Source: an uncultured virus (IMG/VR IMGVR_UViG_3300002220_000771) (lineage: Duplodnaviria > Heunggongvirae > Uroviricota > Caudoviricetes). From it: a stretch of 64,000 nucleotides of DNA. The first letter of the stretch is position 1; every line of letters begins with the position of its first letter. The translations under genes and the position numbers were made by a program. Shown piece by piece: positions 1-9,645 of the stretch. The notes beneath the pieces are model-generated. The model saw only the letters and a program-made list of their open reading frames with translations, ran no database searches and was not told the DNA's origin. Location of the stretch: IMG/VR virus record IMGVR_UViG_3300002220_000771. One strand, 5' to 3'.

Positions 1-48
1 GGCCTATGGTACAAAAGCTAACCCTTATCTGATTATATCCGGGTCCGG

Positions 49-119
49 TCCATATCTACCCAGACCTGTCCATATCTACCCAGACCTGCCCAGACCTGCC
101 CAGACCTGCCCAGACCTGA
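49..119. repeat. Tandem 10-bp repeats (CCAGACCTG(C/T) x5 interspersed with CCATATCTAC x2)
   Basis: Directly visible tandem units. Confidence 0.9.
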
Positions 120-383
120 CAAATCAAGTAGAACAGATTTTATTTTAAAATAATTATAGATGTAACTGATATTATTGAGGATTTTTATTCTGTAAGTGTT
201 CGGAATGATTATATTTTTAAGTAACTGATATTTTTTGTATTCTAAGTGTTCAGAATGATTATGAAAGATATTTCTTGACAAAAATCAAAATATGTGATAA
301 AATATTATGGATGAGTGGATTTTCGACACTCTATATAAGTCTTTGATTTTATTGTGATTTTATTAAAGTGGTCAGGTTTTTGC

Positions 384-848
384 TCAGGCCGGATAACTCG
401 CATATTTTATACTAGAACGCATCCTTTCTTCCTTACGTCTTTCATCTTGTTTTTCAATGTAGTAATCATTAAATGATGTTTTGAGTTCTTCTTTATATTT
501 CTCTATATTCGGCTTATAGAAGGGACTGAATTTATTGACCTTTTCAAGTAAGCTCTTATTATGTCGGGATATTAGAGTTTTAAGAATATTTAATTTTTCT
601 TCAATCATTTTAGTTACTTGGAAGCGTGAAACAGTCCATCCTTTATAAGATTTACGATTCTTATACTTGGTTGCTACCTGGTGTAGTGTACCTTTAGATA
701 GATGATTTCTATTAGCCCATAGAGATAAACTCTCTGAAATCATTAGAGAAGTTCCTTTACGAAATATCCATATATAATCTTGCTTAGAAAGCACCGTTTT
801 TCTTATCTTTTTTATTGTTGACCATTCATGTAATGTTCCTTTTTTCAT
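384..848 (-). CDS. Basic protein with a DNA-binding module resembling homing-endonuclease C-termini
   Basis: AGAGGT RBS before ATG at 848; TATAAATA at 880-887; SLSLWANRNHLSKGTLHQVA..KSYKGWTV segment. Confidence 0.5.
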   Translation of the reverse strand: MKKGTLHEWSTIKKIRKTVLSKQDYIWIFRKGTSLMISESLSLWANRNHLSKGTLHQVATKYKNRKSYKGWTVSRFQVTKMIEEKLNILKTLISRHNKSLLEKVNKFSPFYKPNIEKYKEELKTSFNDYYIEKQDERRKEERMRSSIKYASYPA

Positions 849-1097
849 ACACCCACCTCTACTTATAAGTATTCGTATATATTTATAATAACACATGCGA
901 ATTTTGTTGTAAATGTGAGAAAAATATACTCGTTTTCATCAATGATATCAATGGGTTGTAAAATGATGAAAAATAATTTTGGGAATGTCGTTTTCACTAA
1001 TAAAATCAGTGCCTTGTAAAGCTTCATGTACACTGTGTTTGGAATGTCGTTTTCAGCTCGGATATCAGTTACTTAGGGAGAGTGGGCGAGAAAAAGG

Positions 1098-1139
1098 CAA
1101 AAAGAAAACCAGATAAGATTCCGGAATCTTATCTGGTTT
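1098..1139 (-). terminator. Intrinsic terminator
   Basis: Perfect inverted repeat AAACCAGATAAGATT-CCGG-AATCTTATCTGGTTT followed by a T-rich run on the minus strand. Confidence 0.85.
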
Positions 1140-1741
1140 CTGGTCGTTGGTAACAAGGGTTGGCCAGTGACCCTTTTCGTCTCGTAAGACACTATTATCA
1201 TTTATTGATCGTAAATGATTGTTACCTTACAGCTTTTAAACGACCTTACTCTATAAAGATTGTGGTACCGGTTCACGTTACCGTGCCTGGAATTCATTTT
1301 GTTGAATATCAACACTATTTTAAGTTACCTACAGTTTTTTTACAATCTCTATGGAGTTTTTATAGGTTAATCGAGTATTTATCCGATGCCGAGAAGTTAT
1401 AATCTTCCGGGGATAACCAAGTTTAATTGATGAAGGAGTTGCACCTTCTACTCCCGTATAAGGGGGATTTTCCTACTTAAACTAATCAATTTTACAAGTT
1501 GTTACTTTTGATTAACCTTCAGAAACTCAAGAACAGAAAGAATTACTGCTTATAATTTGACTTATAAGACTATACAACTTTCGTATATTGAATTTCCTGA
1601 TTTCGGAAACTCAAGAGTAGTAAGATTTACCGCTTGAACTTTATTGACCATGTTATTTATCAATCAAGTTCAAGTCTTACAACTTTACTCACCCGGTGAG
1701 TTTCCTGACTAAAGAAATTAAGAACCCTGTCTCAATCTCTT
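1098..1741 (-). ncRNA. Candidate large highly structured ncRNA (about 640 nt)
   Basis: TTGACA-17-TATAAT promoter (1776-1748); no sense ORF; more than 15 hairpins; duplicated domain; paired ends; terminator. Confidence 0.75.
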
Positions 1742-1789
1742 TAATGTATTATAACACAACAAAATCAAATTGTCAAGAACTATTTTTTT

Positions 1790-2034
1790 GTAATGCTGTT
1801 TTACTGGATTCCTCAGTCGCCGCTTTCATCAGCTTGGAAGGACATCAAGTGGCAAATCCTTCTCCAACAACATTACTGTATGGTTGTGATCAACACAGTT
1901 GATTAATATAGGTATAGTCTATATTCCTTTTACAGTATTTTGGAGGCGCTTACTATACGTAGCCTCTTCATTCCCTGTTTTATAGGTGTGTCCATCCACA
2001 CTGCACAACCATATAACTATTGCACAGACATTTT
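1790..2034 (-). ncRNA. Candidate structured ncRNA with two multibranch domains
   Basis: TTGACA-17-TATATT promoter (2069-2041); closing helices 2004-2013/1879-1888 and 1866-1876/1790-1800; no sense ORF. Confidence 0.55.
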
Positions 2035-2086
2035 TCTTTTAATATATCATATGGATTTTAAATTGTCAAGAGCTATTTTTAAAAAA

Positions 2087-2341
2087 TTAAATAAAAAGTC
2101 TAATTATACCTATAATAGATAATACTGAGCCTGTAAGCATTAACAAGATTGAAAATGCCGATCCTAAAAAATATGATAATACTGAAAAAACACGTTTTGT
2201 ATGATCTGCTTTTTCTCCTGAAAAGGTTGAAAGTACATGCCTTTCTGCATTCTTATGTTCGGTATTTCCGAAAACATTAAATAATTTATATCCCACAACA
2301 AACAATAAGATACCTATTATGATTAAAAATATTGTAATCAT
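2087..2341 (-). CDS. Small two-TM membrane protein
   Basis: Two hydrophobic segments. Confidence 0.7.
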   Translation of the reverse strand: MITIFLIIIGILLFVVGYKLFNVFGNTEHKNAERHVLSTFSGEKADHTKRVFSVLSYFLGSAFSILLMLTGSVLSIIGIIRLFI

Positions 2342-2754
2342 TACTTATAATCCTTTTCTGAATAAAGCCAAATAAGGGATATTAATAGTGATAATACTAT
2401 TGCAGGAATAAAAAAGTATGATATTTTTAAAAGTGTTCCTGTTATTATCCACATATTTCTATTCTCTTTTTTCTTTTAGTATATCACATAGATTTTAGAT
2501 TGTCAAGTTTTTTGTTCATAAAAATATCATGTTCATTTTTTATGAACAAGGAGCTAATGTGAACATGAAGAGGAATGTCGTTTTCACTTGACATATCGGT
2601 TACTTACCAAGAGTGGTGAGGATTATACTCACCTTTTACCTTTCTTCATACAACCCTTACACAGTTTATTAGATACCATCTGTGAAGTAGGTTTTGAAGT
2701 ATTGCATGCCTTACATATCATATTTTTTATTTTTGCCATAATATCACCTACTTT

Positions 2755-3117
2755 TTATAAAAGATTTTTAAATTCTTTATCCCATAAGGAAATTAAATTA
2801 AGATGTGTAAATTGAAATATTTTGTTATGGTTCCATCCTGCATTATGGGCCATTTCATGAAGCACCGTACATACGTTATTTCCACCTGTTTTCTTATATA
2901 GAATAATTCTACGATCATTAACCCACACGGTTGCCCTACGTCTGGTAACCCTTTGTGAATTACTTATAGTAACTGTAAATTTGGGCCATTTCATTCTTTC
3001 AGAAATCATATCAGCTAACTTTTGAGCTTTGGATTCATCCAACATAATACCTTTAGTTTCATGATCTCTTATACTTTTTGATTCGCCAATAATTTTTTCT
3101 TTTTTATAATCAATCAT
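2755..3117 (-). CDS. SprT-like/HExxH metalloprotein
   Basis: VLHEMAH motif with a downstream H; own promoter and RBS. Confidence 0.55.
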   Translation of the reverse strand: MIDYKKEKIIGESKSIRDHETKGIMLDESKAQKLADMISERMKWPKFTVTISNSQRVTRRRATVWVNDRRIILYKKTGGNNVCTVLHEMAHNAGWNHNKIFQFTHLNLISLWDKEFKNLL

Positions 3118-3376
3118 GACAGTCTCCGTTTTTTCTTTTATACTAACAGAAATTGAGCATTAAGTCAAGTGAAAAATATTTCAATAATATCAAGGGATTG
3201 AAAGTCGTTTTCACTATCATACATATGACAAAACATACTCGTTTTCACTTGATATATTAAGACGTTATGGAGAGTGAGCGGGACAAATGGACAGGGCCAA
3301 CAAGGCAAAAAAAAGGAGCGGTGCCAGACACGCTGCTGGGATGCTCCTTATAGGGTGTTGATTTTATGAGGGAATA

Positions 3377-3613
3377 TTAATTCCCTTCTCTTTCCCTGAT
3401 ATGAAGGGTAGCCAGAACCTTGTAAGACCTATCAGAGAACGTGCCGGCTCTCATGAAATTCTGAATCTTATGAAGAACATCAAGGGCCTCTTTACGGGTA
3501 AGATATACCGTGAAAACTTCGTCCGAAAACTTCAAGGGATTACGATAAACTGGAGTATCATATACAACGTCAGTCAAAGGGGTTCCGTCTTTTCTTGCTA
3601 ATACGTAAGTCAT
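3377..3613 (-). CDS. Hypothetical protein, paralog of 5664..5915
   Basis: Shared NPL(K/R)F..EA...L..I..F pattern; AAGGAG RBS. Confidence 0.7.
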   Translation of the reverse strand: MTYVLARKDGTPLTDVVYDTPVYRNPLKFSDEVFTVYLTRKEALDVLHKIQNFMRAGTFSDRSYKVLATLHIREREGN

Positions 3614-3800
3614 TGTTTTATCTCCTTTATATTGTTAGTGGTTAGTTTTGATTGTTGTTTTCCTTACTGTTGAGCTTAGTATAACAGAGCCACATATTTT
3701 TGTCAAGAACTATTTTCTTCAATGTTATCAATGGGTTATCATTCACCCTAATAATTTCAATATGTTACCAATCTCGGACACTCCCCATAACCCCTTGATT

Positions 3801-3998
3801 TTATTCACCTGTATAGTCCATACACCACATATCAAAATCTCTTAAAAGTCTTTCAATATCCTTATCATTATCATATAGATATGGATCGTATTTTTCATAC
3901 AATTTCCTAACATCCTTCCTACCAAAATTCTCACAAATACCCGTTTTCACAAGTCTTTTCTTTATTCTTTCAATATCTTTAATGAGTTTTGTTTTCAT
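3801..3998 (-). CDS. Hypothetical protein
   Basis: ORF translationally coupled to the upstream ORF. Confidence 0.7.
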   Translation of the reverse strand: MKTKLIKDIERIKKRLVKTGICENFGRKDVRKLYEKYDPYLYDNDKDIERLLRDFDMWCMDYTGE

Positions 3999-4477
3999 TA
4001 GTATATTCTCCCTAATTCAGACCAGTCAAACATATAATTACATTCATATTTTCCCATTTCATTGTATAAAACTTTTGCTTGTTCCTTTATGTTATTGAAA
4101 TCACTTATCCATTTATCAATATCAATATCATGTAATATAGCATCATATTTTCCTATTCGTTCACCATTCAGAATATATCCTCTGTTATATTCAGTAAATT
4201 TATCAATATTGAATATAGGATTAGAATGATAACCTAACAGAACCCTCATATCAAATTCTTTTTGTTTAATATTGATATGATACATACCATAAGAATTATC
4301 ATACCATATATGGTATCCACTAGTAGTCAATTCATCATTTAAACTGGTTGCCATACGTTTCGTGATTTTTTTATCATGATATTTATTGAATATCGAAAGC
4401 ATGAAATTAATTAAATAAAAGGATTTATTTGCATAATCAAGTCTTTCCTGAACTTTTTGTATGAATTTTTCTTTCAT
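3998..4477 (-). CDS. Hypothetical protein
   Basis: ORF; start MKEKF chosen because it lies downstream of the promoter and AGGA RBS. Confidence 0.7.
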   Translation of the reverse strand: MKEKFIQKVQERLDYANKSFYLINFMLSIFNKYHDKKITKRMATSLNDELTTSGYHIWYDNSYGMYHINIKQKEFDMRVLLGYHSNPIFNIDKFTEYNRGYILNGERIGKYDAILHDIDIDKWISDFNNIKEQAKVLYNEMGKYECNYMFDWSELGRIY

Positions 4478-4659
4478 TTCAAATTTCCTTTTTTCTTTCA
4501 ATATAACATACTCGTTTTCATTAGTCAAGAGAAGAGTTTATCAGTAATTCCGAAGACTTATGGAGGGTGGGCAAAAATATAGGACAAGTCTTATCGCGGA
4601 CCTCCATCCTCATCCAAGGAACCCAGAGGTATTCGTCTTACTGCTTGTCCTATAAACTA

Positions 4660-5217
4660 TTAATCTATTCTGTTTTGAGCGTATGCCTTGATTCCATTGT
4701 CTCTTAACACCTGAGAAAATGCCCCTGCAAAAGCAATCTTTCTTTCAAGACTCTGGCCACCTTCACTAACCCAATAAGAATAACCACCACCATATGCTTT
4801 ATCCCACAAACCCTTACCTACAAGATCACTCTGTTTTAAACCTGTCAAGAATGCCCTGTTTTCAGGAGTATTTGCCTTGAACTGAATCCAAGCAAAACCA
4901 CATACACCACCTTCAACAAACCATTCCTTTGCTACCGGAGAAGAATCATCAAGCATATTAGTATGTTCTTGAACCACCATAGGAGTAGGCGTACACTTAT
5001 TCAAAGCTTCAAGCCCTGCCTTGACAGCATCATTATGAATTTGTAGGGCCTGATTAACTTTTTTGTCCTTTTTTTCCTTTCCAACATACCCGTTTTTTTC
5101 ATTTGCTTCCGCCAATAGTTTAGAAGCTTCATCATAGGTTAAATTTTTGTCTCTATAATCAATCTTTGTTGCACAGAACAAAGCCCAAGTTTGTCTCTGA
5201 GTCGCCATTTTTGTCAT
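4660..5217 (-). CDS. Hypothetical phage protein
   Basis: 185-aa ORF with promoter and RBS; GGVCGFAW motif. Confidence 0.8.
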   Translation of the reverse strand: MTKMATQRQTWALFCATKIDYRDKNLTYDEASKLLAEANEKNGYVGKEKKDKKVNQALQIHNDAVKAGLEALNKCTPTPMVVQEHTNMLDDSSPVAKEWFVEGGVCGFAWIQFKANTPENRAFLTGLKQSDLVGKGLWDKAYGGGYSYWVSEGGQSLERKIAFAGAFSQVLRDNGIKAYAQNRID

Positions 5218-5369
5218 ATCATTAATCCTTTCATGTCTAAAGGGTTGTTATTTCTCAATTACGGATACAGTATACCATACCCGTTTTCATTAGTCAAGAA
5301 GAAAGATCATCAGTAATTATAAGGGTTTAATGAGAGTGGTGCGATTACCGAATATACAAATTTATTGTA

Positions 5370-5597
5370 TTATTCGTTATTCTTTATCTTTTTATACCAT
5401 TGACCATCTTGATAAACAGAAGAGTAATAATCACAAATTCTATCAGGTTTTACCCAGTGAATTTTACCATTAATACCATAAGTATTTGTTATTGAATGAT
5501 GTCCACAATACATACCGAGTGCTGTTGATATAGAACTTGAAAGTATCATATGTTCACAATTCTTACATGACTGTACAAATCTATAATTCTTCAACAT
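5370..5597 (-). CDS. Small Cys-rich hypothetical protein
   Basis: CxxC..C..C pattern; own promoter. Confidence 0.65.
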   Translation of the reverse strand: MLKNYRFVQSCKNCEHMILSSSISTALGMYCGHHSITNTYGINGKIHWVKPDRICDYYSSVYQDGQWYKKIKNNE

Positions 5598-5663
5598 GTT
5601 TTTCCTTTTTCTTTTAGTCTATCATACTCGTTTTCATTAGTCAAGAAGAAAAATCATCAGTAA

Positions 5664-5915
5664 TTATAAAGACTTATCATCTATTCTATCAATATAAAGA
5701 CTTTTTACGGTCTTATATGCTTTGATGGCATAGTGTTTCTGTTTCACAAATTCCCTTATATTCTGAAGACATACCTCCGCTTCTTCATATGTATTAAACT
5801 TGGTAATCCTGAAATCTGTATTAGTGAAACGTAAAGGATTCTTTCCAGTCTCAACATCCTTCATATCCCAGAAACACTTACCAATATTATTTTTAATTAC
5901 ATAGTATGTTTTCAT
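5664..5915 (-). CDS. Hypothetical protein, paralog of 3377..3613
   Basis: ORF directly after a promoter. Confidence 0.7.
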   Translation of the reverse strand: MKTYYVIKNNIGKCFWDMKDVETGKNPLRFTNTDFRITKFNTYEEAEVCLQNIREFVKQKHYAIKAYKTVKSLYIDRIDDKSL

Positions 5916-5976
5916 ATATAGTATAGTATAACATACCCGTTTTCATATGTCAAGAGAAAAATATTTTTATTTTAAG

Positions 5977-6037
5977 TTTACAATTTCTGAAAGTATGATA
6001 TAATAGGACCAGCGTCCGGAGGACAGGATATGTACAA
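5977..6037 (+). repeat. About 61-bp promoter-containing dispersed element, copy 1
   Basis: Near-identical to the reverse complement of 50200-50261; TTTACA-16-TATAAT with an extended -10 TG. Confidence 0.9.
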
Positions 6038-6408
6038 TTTTGTACAGTACAAAATTATATAAGTGTTCTATATTATTATATATTTTATAAGTGTGATGTA
6101 TACCGTACTGGGGATAAAACCATATCATAAGTGTTCTATATTATTAATTTATTATTATATCTATAAAAAATGTAGTATTGAAATTTAAGAATATAAGAAT
6201 TTCATATTATGTTATATCCCACTGGGGAGAAAACACGACCCAAAAATTTATATCATCAAATTTTGTAGTAATAGTAACGAAAGGGCGGGGGCGTACAGAG
6301 GGGAGGCTGGGGCAGTACTGTACACATAGTATAAGTAAAGACAAGTAGGTAGGGTGTATGGTTGACCCAGAATGGGGCTGCTGTTACTCTTGGGGCTGCT
6401 TTTTTAAA

Positions 6409-6508
6409 AAAAATTTTTTTCCGGGCACCGTTTTTAACTTATGTACAGCTTTTTTTATATAAAAATTTTTTTTCCGGGCGCCGTTTTTAACTTATGTACA
6501 GCTTTTTT
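6409..6508. repeat. Direct tandem repeat of about 48 bp (x2)
   Basis: AAAAATTTTTTTCCGGGC(A/G)CCGTTTTTAACTTATGTACAGCTTTTTT twice. Confidence 0.9.
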
Positions 6509-6849
6509 AAATTTTTCCTATATAGGTCTTACTCCTTGATCATACAAGGCATACCATAATAATTTTCTCATTCTTGTCAAATCTTCTGATTCTTCAGGTA
6601 TCAACTCATTCTGAACAATTCCCATAAGCCAATTAGCATCATCTTCTGTCAATAAAATCATATATTTACATTTTATATATGTATTATCTTCCATTATTTC
6701 CTCTCTAAAAAATTTTTTTCGTGGCTATATTCATATTTTGTACAGTATTTTTATATATTATATATATTTTAAATAACATATACATTATTAAAACTATTAT
6801 AGTTATGTCTTCTAAAAAGCCCATTTCAGTCTCTATCATATTATATTTT

Positions 6850-7872
6850 TTATTCTTTTTCACCGGGTTGTCTTCCACAAACAGCACAAAATGGTAGATT
6901 TGTTCCATTCCAATGACCACAACCACAATTCCAGTTATTAAAATTTTCTAAAGCTAAATCAGTAAGCTTTTTCCATCCTTCAATTAACAATTTGATTTTG
7001 TCTTCTAAAACACTGTTTTGTTCTCTTAATATATCCATTATTTTTAAATCATCTTTATAAAAAATTTCCATGGTTTTAATTGTATTATTCAGTTTTACTA
7101 TTTCCTTATTTAAGATGGTGCCGTTTTGTAAAGTAAATGGTAGCCCCTTTGTTAAACTCCAGTCTTTCTTCGCAAGGGTGGCTTCAACATACTCTTTATG
7201 GGCTTCACACAGAGAGACGATATCCTCACCTTCTTTTTCGTCTGTGAATTTACAGCAACAGCCCGATGGATTTCTTCTTAGCACAGCTTCTCGACCTGCA
7301 TTAAATCCTCTGGCAAAATCTGGTGTTTTATCCTTCTCCAACGCCTCCTTTAGGTTTACGTACATATTTCCTATTTTGTGTATGTGATCTTCCATGCTAT
7401 GATTCTCACCCTCCAGTTTCCTGATGCGGGCAGTCAGGGATTCAAACAACGGAACTATTTGGCAATGGTCGAGTACACCTAAAGCATCGTTTATTTTTCC
7501 TTGTTCTGCTTCCAAAACGGAGATCTGTTTCTTTTTGTTTTCTATAATTCCTGTTCTTGCCGCGTTCCTTTGTTCTTCAAGTAATAGGGCAGCTTCCAGG
7601 GCGGCGATCTGCTGCTCCTGTTCATCTATTTTAGTTAAGACCGCCCAATCAAACACAACCTTATCATCGGCCTTGACATGGCAAGCAATCATTAACTGCC
7701 CATCCTTCTCCTCAAGGGCGGCTTCAATGGTAGCCTTGATAGTGCCGTCCTCAACGCCACGGTATCGGCAAACATTCCCTTCATATTTACAGACAGGTAA
7801 ATTATTAAAATCCCTGGCCGCATACTCACATTTCATGTATTCACAACCGCTTTGTTTGTTTATCTTACTCAT
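6850..7872 (-). CDS. Mosaic coiled-coil/Cys-cluster hypothetical protein
   Basis: 340-aa ORF; C-terminal WxCxCxxxN..CxxC zinc ribbon. Confidence 0.75.
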   Translation of the reverse strand: MSKINKQSGCEYMKCEYAARDFNNLPVCKYEGNVCRYRGVEDGTIKATIEAALEEKDGQLMIACHVKADDKVVFDWAVLTKIDEQEQQIAALEAALLLEEQRNAARTGIIENKKKQISVLEAEQGKINDALGVLDHCQIVPLFESLTARIRKLEGENHSMEDHIHKIGNMYVNLKEALEKDKTPDFARGFNAGREAVLRRNPSGCCCKFTDEKEGEDIVSLCEAHKEYVEATLAKKDWSLTKGLPFTLQNGTILNKEIVKLNNTIKTMEIFYKDDLKIMDILREQNSVLEDKIKLLIEGWKKLTDLALENFNNWNCGCGHWNGTNLPFCAVCGRQPGEKE

Positions 7873-7884
7873 TTTCTTCCTTCT

Positions 7885-8334
7885 TTAGCCTTCCTCGTAA
7901 AGATTCCATAAGTTTTCTTTCAATACCTTTTCAAATGGAGAACCAAGGTGTTCCTGTTGCAATCTTGGCCATTCATAAAGCTCAAAACTCCGCTTGTCAG
8001 CAAGGCGACTATATTCCCAAAACGCCTTATATTTTGCAAACTCGTCTTGCAGGTCGGTGATCTGCTGTAATGCCTGATCCCTTTGGATGATTACAGGGGC
8101 GGTTTGAAATATGACCTGTTGCGATCTCTTGCAAATTCCCTTGATCTCCTCATCGCTGGTCAGATGAAAGATTCTTTCAAATTCATCTACCGATAAATCA
8201 AGACGATCAATAAGAGAAGAAATGCGTTCCTCACGCTCCGCAAGGGTGGCAAGGTGGTCGGCTAAAAGGACAAACTCTGCGTCTGTTGGAGCCAGCCTAA
8301 TCAGTGGCATTGTATATCTCTGTATCTCAGTCAT
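7885..8334 (-). CDS. Hypothetical protein (EIQRY/DHLA module family)
   Basis: ORF with GGAGG RBS; modules shared with its neighbour. Confidence 0.75.
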   Translation of the reverse strand: MTEIQRYTMPLIRLAPTDAEFVLLADHLATLAEREERISSLIDRLDLSVDEFERIFHLTSDEEIKGICKRSQQVIFQTAPVIIQRDQALQQITDLQDEFAKYKAFWEYSRLADKRSFELYEWPRLQQEHLGSPFEKVLKENLWNLYEEG

Positions 8335-8987
8335 GGCCTCCCTCCTAATCTTACAGTTGCAGCGATTAAAGTTAAATCGTTTTCGATTACCACATCATGA
8401 TCTATTCCAGGCCATTCTCTTTTTCTCCACGACAAAAGGGACGATTTTAAAAATGCGACCTGTTTTTTGCTGATCTTGAGTTCTACTTCCAAGGCGGCGA
8501 TCTCATCTATACAACGATGCCATTCTTCAAGAGCAGTATTGTAGTTATCCTCCTTCTCCGCAAGGGCGGCAAGGTGGTCGGGAAATTCTTCTGAAAACCT
8601 GTTGTGATAAACAGCCAACGGAATCAGCCAGTAGAGATTTGTAATACAATTTCCAGGAAGATTATTTACGTCAGTTATGATAATTTCCTCATCTGTTTGG
8701 GTTGTACAATCTTGTATGTTGCAGATTGTATAAAAGAACGACACTTCCCAAAGGTTGCTTTGCAAAACCTGATACAATCGCCAATCATCGGCCTTTGTTT
8801 TTACTCCTGTTTCCTCCAAAAACTCACGCACCATTGCTTCGTTGGGATTTTCACCAAGCTCTATATGCCCCCCGATACCATTAAGTCTCCCGGCTTGCCA
8901 TTGAGGTCGGGACTTTTTCACCAACGCAACAAGTGAATGAGTGTAATTAAAAGCAAAGCCTGCAACATATCTTTGTATCTCACTCAT
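8331..8987 (-). CDS. NUDIX hydrolase with coiled-coil extension
   Basis: GGHIELGENPNEAMVREFLEETGV Nudix box. Confidence 0.9.
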   Translation of the reverse strand: MSEIQRYVAGFAFNYTHSLVALVKKSRPQWQAGRLNGIGGHIELGENPNEAMVREFLEETGVKTKADDWRLYQVLQSNLWEVSFFYTICNIQDCTTQTDEEIIITDVNNLPGNCITNLYWLIPLAVYHNRFSEEFPDHLAALAEKEDNYNTALEEWHRCIDEIAALEVELKISKKQVAFLKSSLLSWRKREWPGIDHDVVIENDLTLIAATVRLGGRP

Positions 8988-9381
8988 GGCCTACCTCCTT
9001 CCTCAGAAACTCCACCGCCGCCTGTGCGAGCCTCCCGGTGGTGTCTTTTAGGTAATCATAAGGCACATTATTATCCCAATCTATCGCCTCTGCTGTGTCG
9101 CCAACGTAAATCAATCGCACCATGAATAATGCAAGTTTGCCTTGCTGTTCCAGTATTCTTAATAGTTCTATCTTGCCGCTATCGGTGGTGAAGTCGGGAT
9201 ATGATAAGTTTGATGTTCCACATAAAACACAGTAGTGGTTCAAAAAATCTGGCTCATGCCAGCACATCTCAAACAACTCCACCAACTCTTTGTTGATGTC
9301 AGTCATCTTGAGATTTTTATATTTTATTTCAATAGATTCCACAACTTCTCCATATTCATTGTAGCTATAGTCATCATTCAT
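8980..9381 (-). CDS. Hypothetical phage protein
   Basis: ORF; CWHE..CxxC..PDFTTD. Confidence 0.7.
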   Translation of the reverse strand: MNDDYSYNEYGEVVESIEIKYKNLKMTDINKELVELFEMCWHEPDFLNHYCVLCGTSNLSYPDFTTDSGKIELLRILEQQGKLALFMVRLIYVGDTAEAIDWDNNVPYDYLKDTTGRLAQAAVEFLRKEVGHE

Positions 9382-9645
9382 TTTATCTTCTCCTTTTATA
9401 TAATAAAAATATTTTTTCTATATTTTGTGTTGCCCACATCATCAACACGTATGGGATAAACAGTACCATAAATATTAACCATTCATTCATAAATTATTCC
9501 ATTATTCTAATGTGAGCATTAATAACCCATAAAAGGCAGATTAAAATCCAATCATTAGGATTTCCTTGATAAATACTTACTGTATATGTTACTATACATA
9601 ATATAGCCATTACCATATCTATTAGCCATTGAATATTATTCATTA

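Larger units (their letters stand above)
931..5945. repeat. Dispersed CGTTTTCA operator-like motif (11 copies)
   Basis: Copies start at 931, 989, 1048, 2579, 3206, 3240, 3942, 4513, 5282, 5629, 5938, all in the same orientation. Confidence 0.85.

Noticed and set aside
33..281. 82-aa ORF
   Set aside because: C-terminus is a translation of the 10-bp tandem repeat; no RBS; TTG/GTG-type or inferred start.
1800..1835. Hammerhead ribozyme (CTGATGA on the minus strand)
   Set aside because: No stem II followed by GAAA in the required arrangement.
1160..2122. Plus-strand ORFs 1160, 1696, 1940
   Set aside because: No RBS, atypical composition, antisense to promoter-bounded structured RNA candidates.
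7070..9125. Plus-strand ORFs 7070, 7424, 8222, 8604, 8702, 8937
   Set aside because: Antisense shadows of the coupled minus-strand genes in a higher-GC block.
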